Under the pieces are notes generated by a model that saw only the letters and a program-made list of their open reading frames with translations, had not been told where the DNA came from and did not search any database. A stretch of DNA of 64,000 nucleotides from Hormiphora californensis. Lineage: Eukaryota > Animalia > Ctenophora. Below, one piece after another: positions 1 to 11,160 of this stretch (position 1 is the stretch's first letter; the number at the start of each line of letters is the position of its first letter). The position numbers and the translations under genes were made by a program. Where the stretch lies: assembly GCA_020137815.1 (NCBI GenBank), contig CM035352.1, positions 8,928,001 to 8,992,000 of the forward strand. The letters are read 5' to 3'.

Positions 1-318
1 CCTACTTTCTGAATCCCTCCGTGACCGGTGATTTGGGATATATGGGGGAGATTATCAAACGTCATTCCTTTGATACTGTCTCAAACGGCTTCCCATCCGT
101 CGACTCCTTCTTCGCACTAAGCGGTTTCCTCGTGGCGTATCTGCTCCTGAAGCAGCTCACCAGGAAGGGAAGTCTCACTCCAGTTCAGTGGATCTCCTAC
201 TACGTCCACCGGTACATCAGACTGACAATACCCTTCTCGATGGTGATACTGATAGAGGGGTTCTGTTATCAAGTGTGGTTTACAGGGCCCCAGCGACCTG
301 AGATACAGGGAGCCCCAG
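1..318 (+). CDS. NRF-6-like exon (open from window start)
   Basis: Frame 3 open from base 3; donor CAG|GTAACT at 319, phase 1. Confidence 0.88.
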
Positions 319-2186
319 GTAACTAGGGGTAACTAGGTGGTAGTTAGATAGTTAACTAGGTGGTAACAAGGGGGTAACTAGAGGGTAGTTTAGGAGACAG
401 GAATCACCACACACCTCAATTATGTGATGATACCAATTGACAACCATACACCCACAGGTTGTCACAAGTCCTGGTGGAATAACCTGCTATACATCCAGAA
501 CCTCTACCCCTGGAAGGTGGACACGCCCGGTACTTGTGTTGGACAGGCCTGGTACCTGGCTAATGACATGCAGTTTTATATATTCGCACCTCTTTTTATC
601 CTTCCCCTATTTTACAAGCCTAAACTAGGTAAGTTCCCCAGTTTTATAAGCCTAAACTAGGTAAGTTCCCCTGTTTTATAAACCTAAACTAGGTAAGTTC
701 CCCTGTTTTATAAGCCTAAACTAGGTAAGTTACACTAGACAGTAGACACCAGGAACCGACCGGACCAAGTAAACAACCAATCAGAGCTCGTTATTTAGGT
801 CACGTGACTGGTTATCAGCCAATCAGGGACCAGTATTTCCTAATTCGGTCGGTTCCTGGTAGACACTCTCCTTGTATTGTTCAATGTTCATGTATATTTT
901 TTTAGGGTAACACAACACTCTCCTTATATTTTGTCATTTCTTGTTACCCCTAACCCCCCTTTGACCTTCAAATCCATCTTACATCCAGGTGGTTTCCTTC
1001 TAACTGGAGCGGTGTCCGCTAGTGCAATAGCAGCAGCAGTGATCACATTCCACTACAAGCTGGGAATCTCCCTCATGGGGAACACCAACCCTGACCAGTT
1101 CTGGCTGACCTACGATAAGCCGTGGATACGGTGTACGCCCTATCTTATTGGCATAGCGGGCGGTTGGTTCTACTGGGCATGGGGAGAACATATCGTATCA
1201 ATAGTTCACAATACACCCATGGTTAGTTTAAGTCGCCTGACACTGTTTCCGTGCTCCGAATAAAAAGAAAGTATGAGCAATTCGTTAATATCGTTACGAA
1301 TTCTAACAATCTATCTTTTAAGTCCAATATATTATAGCAGTCTAGATTTCATATATTTAGCGAGAATCCTGACCCATTTCCAATCCTCTCCGGCCTCCTC
1401 AGTACATTAAAGTAGCGCTGTCAGTGCCGGTTTGGTTAATTACCTTTGGTCTACAATACGGTGTTGTGTACGGTCCCCACAGTGATACCCAAAACGAGAT
1501 ATTCCTTCAACGACCTGCCCCAACGGCCGATGCAGTGGCGTATGGGTGTCTAGCACGCATCGCTTGGGCGGTTTCCCTTGTAACACAGGTCAGATTGAAA
1601 TGTACTTTACACGTGTATCAAACATTAAAACTGAATTTGAATTTGAATTTAAACTCCCTGATAGTTGATACCTCATATATACATTACTGTACCACTACTA
1701 ACTTCATTCTTCCCTGACTCGACTCTTTCTCTTTCCGCTCCAGGTGTTGCTATGTCAGTGTTCCCTTGGCGGGTTCATCAACTCTCTTCTATCCTGGAAG
1801 GGATGGCTGGTTCTCTCTCGACTCACCTACTCAGTCTACCTAGTCCACATGGGTCTACTTAGTATCGTCCTGCTTCAGATGAGGGGCTCTTTCTTCCTTC
1901 AACCTGCCTTCCAAATGGTATGTTGTCATCTCACATCTGGTCTTAGGGAATAGATTACAGACTTAAGAGTCCACAAACCCCCCCAACTAAGTTTGTGCAA
2001 TACCATTGTGAATCATTGTCTGAATTCGAAACGCTCCTACAATGCAAGTGTCCCTAATAATACGATATTATATTGCAGTCTGTTGTCTACTTGGGAGTGT
2101 TGGCTATGAGCTACCTTTGGGGAGCAGTACTATATCTACTAGTGGAACTTCCCGTTGCTAAACTAGAGAGGGTTCTTTACCGATAA
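1..2186 (+). CDS. nrf-6: NRF-6-like / acyltransferase-3 family multi-pass membrane O-acyltransferase, 3' part (6 exons visible; 5' end lies outside the window)
   Basis: Spliced frame with GT-AG introns and compatible phases: exons <1-318, 458-628, 989-1221, 1403-1588, 1744-1917, 2079-2186. Family motifs SVDSFFALSGFL, YYVHRYIRLT, WWNNLLYIQN, CVGQAWYLANDMQFY, YDKPWIRCTPYLIG, GGFINSLLSW, LSRLTYSVYLVH, LLVELP. The symbol is a family-level call only. Confidence 0.92.
458..628 (+). CDS. NRF-6-like exon
   Basis: Acceptor CCCACAG| at 457; GCHKSWWNNLLYIQN...KPKL; donor GTAAGT at 629. Confidence 0.9.
   Translation, partial: VVTSPGGITCYTSRTSTPGRWTRPVLVLDRPGTWLMTCSFIYSHLFLSFPYFTSLN
611..731 (+). repeat. 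32-bp tandem repeat (~3.8 copies) spanning an exon/intron junction
   Basis: TTTATAAGCCTAAACTAGGTAAGTTCCCCTGT repeated; each unit carries AG|GTAAGT. Confidence 0.9.
750..858. mobile_element. 109-bp hAT-type MITE in an intron
   Basis: 13-bp TIR CAGGAACCGACCG/CGGTCGGTTCCTG; 8-bp TSD GTAGACAC (742-749, 859-866). Confidence 0.9.
989..1221 (+). CDS. NRF-6-like exon
   Basis: Acceptor CATCCAG| at 988; GGFLLTG...YDKPWIRCTPY...TPM; donor GTTAGT at 1222. Confidence 0.88.
1403..1588 (+). CDS. NRF-6-like exon
   Basis: Acceptor CCTCCTCAG| at 1402; YIKVALS...ARIAWAVSLVTQ; donor GTCAGA at 1589. Confidence 0.85.
1744..1917 (+). CDS. NRF-6-like exon
   Basis: Polypyrimidine tract plus CCAG| at 1743; VLLCQCSLGGFINSLLSW...LSRLTYSVYLVH; donor GTATGT at 1918. 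Confidence 0.9.
2079..2186 (+). CDS. NRF-6-like terminal exon (missed by the ORF track)
   Basis: Acceptor TTGCAG| at 2078; SVVYLGVLAMSYLWGAVLYLLVELPVAKLERVLYR* with TAA at 2184-2186. Confidence 0.88.
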   Translation, partial: SVVYLGVLAMSYLWGAVLYLLVELPVAKLERVLYR

Positions 2187-2541
2187 CGATGCTAGTGGAT
2201 GGTCTGACGATGCTAGTGGATGGTCTGACCAATGGTCAGGCCATCATGAAACTCTACAGAGAACTAGGAAGAATGAACTTTAGAGACCGGAAAGTGTTCT
2301 ATGGGTAGCAATATCTTGCTATGCTACGAAGTCTGTCGTTCAGCTTCAGCCCAGTGTGAGACTGTGAGAGCTGACTGGGAACAAGCCCAGCAATATCATC
2401 TGTGTGCAGTGGTTATTGAAATTATTGGTTGAATTTTCATTTTTCTATGTGTCGGTTACCGTTTATATTAAAAACCAAAACGTCGTTGACGCATACAACA
2501 CCGAACACGAAAGACGACCAATGCTCTTATGAAGCAGACAC

Positions 2542-2690
2542 CAAATACAAATACAAATACAAATATACATTTATTGTCCGCTTTTCATTGTCCATATTTT
2601 AAAGAACAACACGAGTTCTGTTAGGTCTTGACTACTAGCATCACTTGGTGCAGACTTCGTCTCACTAACTCTCGTTTCAAAAGCGGTTAG
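2542..2690 (-). mobile_element. 3' end of a LINE/SINE with (ATTTGT)n tail
   Basis: On the minus strand CCGCTTTT...AAAAGCGG, then AATAAA and (TATTTG)n; analogous end at 3806-3945. Confidence 0.5.
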
Positions 2691-3099
2691 TTTTATACCA
2701 AGGATTTCCAGATATTTTTCAAGAAGATATTTTCTGAAGGTAAGTTTTGTTAGTTAAACCATATTTAAATCGGATGATGAAATATACTGTCTCTGCTTAC
2801 TGCAGATTAATAGAATATGCTCTTGGATCTAGAGATCCAGAAATGAATATTTTAGCTCCAGGGCTTTAGCCCTTAAACAATCGATACTGTCTTATACAAC
2901 CTGGGTGAGGATCTTTCTGCTGCACCTGTAGGAGAACCAAGGAGCGGGAGAGAATTCATACTAGCTTAAACTCACTTGTGTCCATACGATACACGGCATG
3001 CCTCACGGTAGCTCACGCCTCACACCGGGGTCCGGGGTCTCAGATATCATAACATACACATTACATCCACGATTGGTCACAGTGTGAATTTAAATTCCT

Positions 3100-5086
3100 T
3101 TATTTTCTTTAAATGGAATGCTCCTCCGTGCCCTTAAACTCGTCTAGGGTGTCCATGGACACCTGGACACCCCCTTTGCGGCCTGCAAGGCCCTTGCATA
3201 TCCTTCGATCGGTTCGATCGCGAGTTTTCCAGCGAGCGCTAAAGCCGCGGCAGAGCTTTTAAAAATGAGCGCGTTACATTCTTGGGAGCGCTTAATTTTA
3301 AGTTTCGGTCGCCGCGCGCCCGGATCAAAGCGCTTGATCCGCGATTTTCAGTTTCCGTTTTCGTTGTTTGTTCGTTAAAGTCCGTTTCAAGCGACTTGAC
3401 CCGTAATTCTTGGAATTTGGCGCATTGCGCGTGTATTTACAAAGGGGAAATCCTGAATTTCCAGGAATCTCAGGTCAAGTCGTTTGAAACGCACTTTAGT
3501 GTGTGTAGGGATCCCTAAAAAAGTTCAGTATTTACACAGAGTTTACACAGTCTTTAAAGTCGGATTTTTTGAAACTGTCACCCCCCCTGTCTGGCGGCGC
3601 CAGACCCCAATTTGACAGTGCGCTCAGATGGGTCGCGGCGCCAGACAGCACCCCCCTAGAGTTTTCAAATTTCTTTAAATGACCATAAGTCCGGTTCCTG
3701 ATGAGATAGAGACTTGAAATTTGGAAGTTACGAAGATCTTGCTAAGTTCTTCCGAACCTCCAAATTTCAAGTCTCTATCTTATCAGGAACCCACTGTCAT
3801 TAAAGTACAAATACAAATACAAATACAATTATAATTTATATCCCGCTTTTGGGCCTATGCATTGTTAGTGCTAGGAGGACGCCGTTTCAATCAGTCGATT
3901 GAAGCAACGCACCCACCACTAACAAGCCTTCTAAAGCGGCTCTTATAGGATTATAAGATCCTAAAGGCCTTAAAAAACCGTCGGCAGTCATTCGATATAA
4001 TATATATAAATGTAAGTAGAAAATAAGGGTTATAAAATATCTAATTAAGAAATAGCGTAATTAATTCGTTGAGTGATTAAGTAGTTAGATAATTGAGAAA
4101 TTAACTAGTTAGATAATTGATAATTAACTAGTTAGATAATAACTAGTTAGATAATTAACTGTTGATTAATAAGTACATAGTGTAAATACTAAGTAAGTAG
4201 TATAGTTTAATAATTAATTCAAGTAAAAGGCTAGTGATCTAAAAAGGAGGCGAATAGCTAAGTAATTAGTTAATGGATAAAGTAACTGTAACAGGATAAC
4301 CGATAAGGTAATACACACTAACCATATTAATTGCTATATAAGGTTATGATCTAATAAATGGCCTATGGAAAATTCTAAAGAAGCTGGTAATAAATTAACG
4401 AATAACGAGGTAGAACAAGAATTATTGCATTATGTATTCATAATGCTGTGTTTCCCTGCCCTCCCGGCCGCTCTCCCTTCCCCACTTGCCGACCCCGTCA
4501 ATCACTTTCATTTCTGCGACAAATCGTCGTCCGTGGACATGCGCTCTGAGGACTGCCGACTAGACTGAGGAGCATCAGCCAAGCTTGAAGGCTGAAGCGC
4601 GTGAATTTTGTAAAAAAGTTGACCCGACCAAACAAAACCTTTACTTTTTTAGATGCAAATCCGCGCGCGCGTATTGTTTCAGCAAATGGCGCGGCGCGGT
4701 TTTTCCAATTGACCAGCGCGTTACATTCATTCAGGTCTGTTTTTCTCATGCTAAGGCTCCCGCTTTGGGCTGGGAATTCCATGAACCTAGTCAGACACTG
4801 CAAAGTCTACAGTAGCACAGCTGCACAGTTACAGTGAGTGTGTGCTGGATCCAGTAGCATCAGCCATACCCATTGGGTGGGGCTGATGCTACTGGTACCC
4901 ATTCACATTGTAAAATTGCTACTTGGTAAATGGTCTAAAACACGTCTAGGTATGACGTCGCCAGACAGAACCTGTATGGCGGCGTCATACCCCATTTGAT
5001 TCTCGACAGTGCGCTCAGAGGGGTCGCGGCGCCAGACAGGACAGAACATGCTCATTGCTCGAGCACAGCGGCTCGCAGCTCGCTAG
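3100..5086 (+). mobile_element. Non-autonomous DNA element, possibly Helitron-type; left boundary uncertain
   Basis: Direct repeat GACAGTGCGCTCAGANGGGTCGCGGCGCCAGACAG at ~3614 and ~5005; internal palindromes 3694-3790 and 4851-4895; ends in hairpin CGAGC...GCTCG followed by CTAG|T (5083-5087). Confidence 0.4.
3806..3945 (-). mobile_element. 3' end of a LINE/SINE with (ATTTGT)n tail and nested stems
   Basis: Minus strand: CCGCTTT...AAAGCGG encloses TGTTAGTG/CACTAACA and TTCAATC/GATTGAA stems, then (TATTTG)n. Confidence 0.5.
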
Positions 5087-5539
5087 TCAAATATTTGCAA
5101 ATATGACGCGTCATTTATTTAAAATAAAATGGGATTCACACAAATTCGAGTAGACGTAGCTTATAACTACAAAATAAATCAACACGTATCACTTTCAACT
5201 TCAATTTAATAAAATACTGTAGCACTGAAACCTTTTTTCACTTCAACAATTATCAACTTGTAAATTGTATAAATAAAATAATTAAATTAATAAAATATTA
5301 GATTGTATAGATTGTATAAATAAGATAATGTCTCTAGCTATTGAATCTTGTATTAGATTGTATAGATTGTATAAATAAAATAATGTCTCTAGCTATTGAA
5401 TTCCCCGGGGCGCGGGGAGGGAGGGTTACAAGTTTACAAGTTTACAATAAAAGTTTTATTTATAAAGAAACAGGCCTTCCCTGAATGGGTCCACCTAAAT
5501 AAATATTAAGTTAAAAATATCCCTTCACACTCACACACA

Positions 5540-5875
5540 TCAGCACAGCACAGCACATTGAGGCGAAAGGTCATTTGGAAGTGGCGGGTACCCTCTGACT
5601 GGAGGACGATCGTGAAATCCTGTCAAGTAATTCCCCAATGATGATTTGAACTGATTCAAGCTCACACAAGAATTAACAGCAGCTGGTAGAGTGTTCCATA
5701 AATGAGCTGCTCTAGGACCGAATGAGCAATGAAATTGATTAGCTCGTTTCGTTTCTGCTCTATAGGGGTAAGGTGGAGGGACTATCCGCGTACCCAATCT
5801 AGCGTGCTGTTGAATTACTAGGTGGGCAGAATTCGGTACAAAACCCTGAATCGTCTTCCACACATGAATCAGCAT
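5540..5875 (-). pseudogene. LINE ORF2 extreme C-terminus
   Basis: LIHVWKTIQGFVPN...SFGPRAAHLWNTLP...FKSSLGNYL...DRP..GY, typical of CR1-group ORF2 ends. Confidence 0.8.
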
Positions 5876-6290
5876 TGTCCATCAGCTTTTGAAAATCTAA
5901 CACACTTGACTCAGAGCGATACACAACAGCATAAATAGTGTTTATTTGTTCAACATAAACAGCACACATATTGTTATTCGCACTCGCAAAACATGTAGTA
6001 TCAGAAACAGCCAGCGAACATTGAACATATAGGGCACAGCCACCGCCCACTCGGTTTTCTCTATCACTTCTATACACGTCATACCCTGGTATCTGAACCT
6101 GAGCATCAGAATGATATCCTTTAAACCAAGTCTCAGTTACTGCAATCGTTACTATGGGAGTTTTCTCTTGCTTAACATAGTCTCTAATAAGCCCAAGTTT
6201 CCAACATGTATCACCCGCTGGACTTAAACTTCTCCCATTTAACAGTAAAAGTTTGCTCGTAGGCGAGACAGGCCCTAACGTTCCCTCCAC
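5876..6290 (-). pseudogene. LINE ORF2 N-terminus (partial APE endonuclease)
   Basis: LLLNGRSL, IAVTETWF, GYDVYRSDR..GGGCALYV, VVYRS; stops before the GDFN and SDH motifs. Confidence 0.85.
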
Positions 6291-7010
6291 GTTCGTCTTG
6301 GATCCAGTCTCACGTCTAGCATTTCTCTCATCCTCGCGTCCATTCTCGCGTCCATCGCCCCCAAGAGTCTTTCGAAAAAAGCCTGCTCATCAAATGGGGC
6401 TGGCTCCCGTGATGCATTGGAGCTCGGTTGCTGGGACCGTGGTATATTAGTGTTCCTATCTGTAGTGTTAGTAGCATAGGGTGTCATGGTTTTCGGCCTG
6501 CTCACGTCGGTTGCCTGGGTGTTATTTGGCTTCGCGTTGGCAGGAGCACGACGTGTGTTCCTCAGATGCTGAAAACGACAGTCAGTCTTGAGACATTGAT
6601 GACTGAACTGCGAGGAACGACACAGGGGTGGGTGGAAATAGCGACATTCCTTACCCAGCTGACATCCGTATTTCTTCATAGATCCATGTGAGCAGTACTT
6701 CCGGCACAGTGGAGGGTGTGACTTCTGGCAAGCAACTCCATTGACAATCTTCGTTCCAGCACGACCATGCTTACAGCGATGTTGAAGGTATTGCTGGCAC
6801 ACTGGGATTGGTTTGTCTGCCTCACTATCGATCTTTTTCTCTGTTTCCTTGGGTAGTTCTTTCTCCTTCCTGTCCCCGGCAGCGGTCACCTCCCCTGGTT
6901 TCTCACCAACCTCAGCCGTCGACAAGAAACTGAACTTCCTCCTCAAACTGTCATCATTTGCCTCACTAGCTGCACTTTTAGGAGGACTGGCAACAAGGGG
7001 TCTTGTTGTG
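6275..7010 (-). CDS. LINE ORF1 C-terminal part with three tandem CCCH-type zinc fingers
   Basis: CQQYLQHRCKHG..C..SH, CRKYCSHG..GC..GKECRYFH, CRSS..QCLKTDCRFQH; frame open to ~7010. Confidence 0.8.
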
Positions 7011-7390
7011 AAAAAATAAATAAGAAATTAAAAAAAGAGCCCCCCTAGAACGTTAGACGAGACCTTCTTCTTGGTCCTGATGGTTCGGAAATCACTCGGA
7101 CTGCTTCCTGGAATCAGCGCGGTCGCTGCGGAAAATCTCGATGAAATGCGATGATTTGCGAGAGGTTACGAGTGTTTACGCGCACATGCGACAGATTTCA
7201 AACATCGCGCGGCGCAATATTTGCGCGTTTACTGCGCGCGCACAAAAAACAAGTATTTTCTGAAATCCAAGCTCGAATTTCGGAATTTTTTTTGATCGAA
7301 ATTTTTTATGATGAGATTTTGTGAAATTTCCTACGGTCAATTCATAGCCCCACTAGACAGAGACTTAAAATTTGTTATGTACAAATAACT

Positions 7391-7903
7391 GGGGGTCGGC
7401 CGATATTGGCCTTGAATATAAATAGTGGTACACACACTAACAATGGAAATAATAAATTAAACAAACGGGGTCAATAAATTATATAAATAAAGATTTAGTC
7501 TATTTGGTAGATACTGTCATCCCGACCGCTGCTGCCTTCTGCCCTCAGTCGTCCACGGTGTCCCCTGATGGAAATGGTGACGGACCGGACCATAGCAAAC
7601 GACAACCTTAGCCTAAGGTACCGGATACACTGATCATATGAATATCCTGTTTTAGTAGCTTTTTTCTCAGCCAATTGCTTCAAAGTCTTATCAAATTCCC
7701 TTCCGAGGCCCCCCGTAGTTGACATAACCAGTGGGGTGAATGCTGACTTTTCCACCTCAAGGACGCGATGGAGGTAGGATGTTTTCTTCTCTCTCTCGTG
7801 TTTTTCATATGTCTTGGCGATGGTCTGGTTTGAGTTGATGGTCTGGTTTGAGTTGATGGTCTGGTTTGAGTTGATGGTCTGGTTTGAGTTGGACGATATC
7901 CTA
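7391..7903 (-). mobile_element. 5'-truncated CRE-clade non-LTR retrotransposon (restriction-like endonuclease C-terminus)
   Basis: YEKHEREKK.SY..RV.EVE..AFTPLVMSTTGGLG.E...LRLRLSFAMVRS..ISIRG.R (7495-7820); 11-bp TSD TACAAATAACT (7380-7390, 7904-7914); 4 x 18-bp tandem repeat at the 5' end. Confidence 0.85.
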
Positions 7904-8116
7904 TACAAATAACTTGAAATAATCTTCCTACAATACAAATTTCAAGTCACTGTCTCATCAGGGAGCCATGACCGTGGGAAATTCCACAAAAACCAAGCGA
8001 CGGTCGAGTCTTTTTAGTATCGTATCAGTCGTTATCAGTTTCGTATCACATCTCATCGCTCTGACTGTGACCGTTCGCGTTACTTGCTGCAGTTTTCTAG
8101 AACAATCTCTACATCA

Positions 8117-10035
8117 ATGTCCAATCAGGACCCCCCTTTCCTTGATGAGGATCCTTGTTGTCTGTTGAGAGGAGTAGTACCGTGTGCGGCAAAAAAAGGC
8201 CCCCCCTAGACCACCATAGTTGCCGATGTGGTGGAGAGCTGTAACTTGGCAGGGTTGCTCCACTATGTCTATCTTGATCCTGACAGAAAAATCAGAGCTC
8301 TAGCTCAAAATTCATTTTCATGAACGGAATGAACTTCTCCGTTCCTTCGATATGAGACCCCCTCATCATTCAGAATTTTTTGCCCGTCTTTGGCTAACGA
8401 TTATCTTTGTAATGAGACCAATTTGAGCATAATCTGATTACCAGGAGAGACACAGTGGAGGGTTTTCCGACCGTCACTCCTGACATGTGATCCAGGCCCG
8501 GTCACGTGGTGAAAAGTGGGTTTGGGGTGCTGTTAACATGTCTCAATAACGGATTATTGCTCTCATATCCCTTGAATATCCCTCCACAATGCTCTCAAGT
8601 CACTTTGTGATGCTGATTGATTGGGTTCATGTCACCAGTTCTTGTCAAAGTTCTCAAGCGGCCCGTGATACGAGATCATTTCATCAAGGAGGGGCCATCT
8701 TGTGTCACTAATCAGCCTATCATCTCACATTACACTAGCCAAGGGATCTGGGGTATTTAAATCTTCAAATGTTCATCAAAATCATTCCCAATCGTTACTT
8801 GCAATGCATTTTACACCCGAACAGAGGAACTTCACCTGGCTCAAGAAGGAAACCAACACCCTCTACCCCACCATCGAACAGGAGTTCTTTATCAAGTTTG
8901 GCCGCCATGCCCCATCCAAGAAGTCCTGCAGAAAGATCCATGCATTGCAAGTAACGATTGGGAATGATTTTGATGAACATTTGAAGATTTAAATACCCCA
9001 GATCCCTTGGCTAGTGTAATGTGAGATGATAGGCTGATTAGTGACACAAGATGGCCCCTCCTTGATGAAATGATCTCGTATCACGGGCCGCTTGAGAACT
9101 TTGACAAGAACTGGTGACATGAACCCAATCAATCAGCATCACAAAGTGACTTGAGAGCATTGTGGAGGGATATTCAAGGGATATGAGAGCAATAATCCGT
9201 TATTGAGACATGTTAACAGCACCCCAAACCCACTTTTCACCACGTGACCGGGCCTGGATCACATGTCAGGAGTGACGGTCGGAAAACCCTCTACTGTGTC
9301 TCTCCTGGTAATCAGATTATGCTCAAATTGGTCTCATTACAAAGATAATCGTTAGCCAAAGACGGGCAAAAAATTCTGAATGATGAGGGGGTCTCATATC
9401 GAAGGAACGGAGAAGTTCATTCCGTTCATGAAAATGAATTTTGAGCTAGAGCTCTGATTTTTCTGTCAGGATCAAGATAGACATAGTGGAGCAACCCTGC
9501 CAAGTTACAGCTCTCCACCACATCGGCAACTATGGTGGTCTAGGGGGGGCCTTTTTTGCCGCACACGGTCCCGGCATGCCATGGCCTACAAGGTTGAGGA
9601 TTTTGCTCGATCTGTGTATGGAGACAAGCGTAAAGATGTTGATCATATTGGTATTCTAAAGCTTGTCTCTATAATGGTAAGGAGGTCCCTAGTTTCTCCG
9701 CCAGTGATTTTGACACGCGTCAGTTTACCAAATCGGTTTTGAGTACCTCGTTGGAGTCTGCCTGCAGTTTGCTATTCAAGCAGTGCCTTCCTTACTTCAT
9801 GCAAACTAGGAAGTTACACGACCAGGTTGCTCAGTTAGAGAAGGAAGCAGAAGAAAAAAAGAAGAGTCAAGTTCCCGCCACCTCCACCAGTGCCTTACAG
9901 CTGAGTGAAGAGGTGAATGCTGCCCAGAGGAAGATCATCACCCTCCAGGAGCAAGTGATTGGCTGATTGGCTGAGTCCAATGCAGTCACCAAGACTGCAG
10001 TAGAGAGATATAAAGAGCTTTTCTACTGTTCTCTC
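8117..10035 (+). pseudogene. Degenerate coiled-coil ORF (probable LINE ORF1 5' part) split by the palindromic element
   Basis: ATG 8117 MSNQDPPFLDEDPCCLLRGVV | SRHAMAYKVEDFARSVYGD... then a frameshift and heptad-like QVAQLEKEAEEKK / EEVNAAQRKIITLQEQVI with an internal stop. Confidence 0.45.
8180..9568. mobile_element. 1.39-kb foldback element (~630-bp near-perfect inverted arms, 130-bp spacer)
   Basis: Arms 8180-8809 and 8940-9568; termini CCGTGTGCGGCAAAAAA / TTTTTTGCCGCACACGG; I found only one substitution and one homopolymer-length difference. Confidence 0.92.
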
Positions 10036-10043
10036 CCTGCAAC

Positions 10044-11160
10044 CCCCCGCAAGTCCCCGCATCTTCCCGCAAGTCCCCGCATATTCCTGCATCTTCCCGC
10101 AAGTCCCCGCATATTCCTGCATATTCCCCGCATCTTCCCGCATCTTCCCGCAAGTCCCCGTATCTTCCCGCATCTTCCCCTAAGTCCCCGCATCTCTTCG
10201 TAACCTTTCGCATTTTTACGCAGTTCCCTAAAACTCTCCGCATTTTCACGCAACCATTTTCCGTACTTAACCAGAGTTTTACACATATTATTCAACTTAC
10301 ATTCTCTTTTCTCAGCGTAACTTCTCATCATCACAAGTTGTGGAAGGATTGATTGACTGTTCGGATTGGATTATTGAAATCTACTTCTTTTAAATGCCCT
10401 GCACCCCCCCCCCCTTATCGCAGTAAGTAAAATTACACACGAATGAATACCCTAACTTTGTGGAGATTTGTGTGTCACATAAATTTCCACAACATCCTCG
10501 AATAACACCCATCAATCCTCTTTCCCAGGCGTTTGGTTATAGTCCAAGTTTCAGATCCGTAAAGGAGAGACAGAACAAAAGCTGCTATAATCGGTAAGCG
10601 GTAAAAGTTAACCCGAGAAATTCCCTTTTTTGAATTTTTTTCCCCTCCACACGATCTAACATTTAAAATCAGCGGCTCTTAACAGCTCAAAACATTCTCA
10701 GTTTAAGGGTGAACACACCGCTTTAACCGTTCATTACCACTTTTATAGAGCACACGCCACGTAATCTTCCCGCAAGTCCCCGCATCTTCCCGCAAGTCCC
10801 CGCATCTTCCCGCAAGTACCGCATATTTCCGCATCTTCCCGCATCTTCCCGCATCTTCCCGCAAGTCCCCGCATCTTCCCGCAAATCCCCGTATCTTCCC
10901 GCAACTACTACTACTATTCCTTAAAACTCCCCGCATTTCCACACAACCATTTTCCGTACTTTACCAGAGTTTTACACATACTATTCAACTTACATTCTCT
11001 TTTCTCAGCGTAACTTCTCATCATCACAAGTTGTGGAAGGATTGATTGACTGTTCGGATTAGATTATTGAAATCTACTTATTCTAAGAAACGCCCTGCCT
11101 CCCCCTCTCAGTAAGTAAAATCACACACGAATAAATACCCTAACTTTGTGGAGATTTGTC
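10044..11160 (+). repeat. Two copies of a 10/20-bp minisatellite (CATCTTCCCG/CAAGTCCCCG), each followed by the same ~250-bp flank
   Basis: Arrays ~10044-10195 and ~10763-10903; flanks ~10228-10470 and ~10922-11160 nearly identical. Confidence 0.85.

Larger units (their letters stand above)
5425..7010 (-). mobile_element. CR1-group LINE, 5'-truncated and internally deleted (no RT)
   Basis: ORF1 with CCCH fingers, overlapping ORF2 start with APE motifs, directly joined to the ORF2 C-terminus, 3'UTR, AATAAA and (TGTAAACT)n tail. Confidence 0.85.

Noticed and set aside
3694-3790. Hammerhead ribozyme (CTGATGAG...GAAA)
   Set aside because: No stem II or stem I/III pairing; the motif is just one arm of a DNA palindrome shared with other repeats.
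9895-10942. Repetitive ORFs (GDLREDAGRC / HLPASPRIF)
   Set aside because: Minisatellite translations open in several frames.
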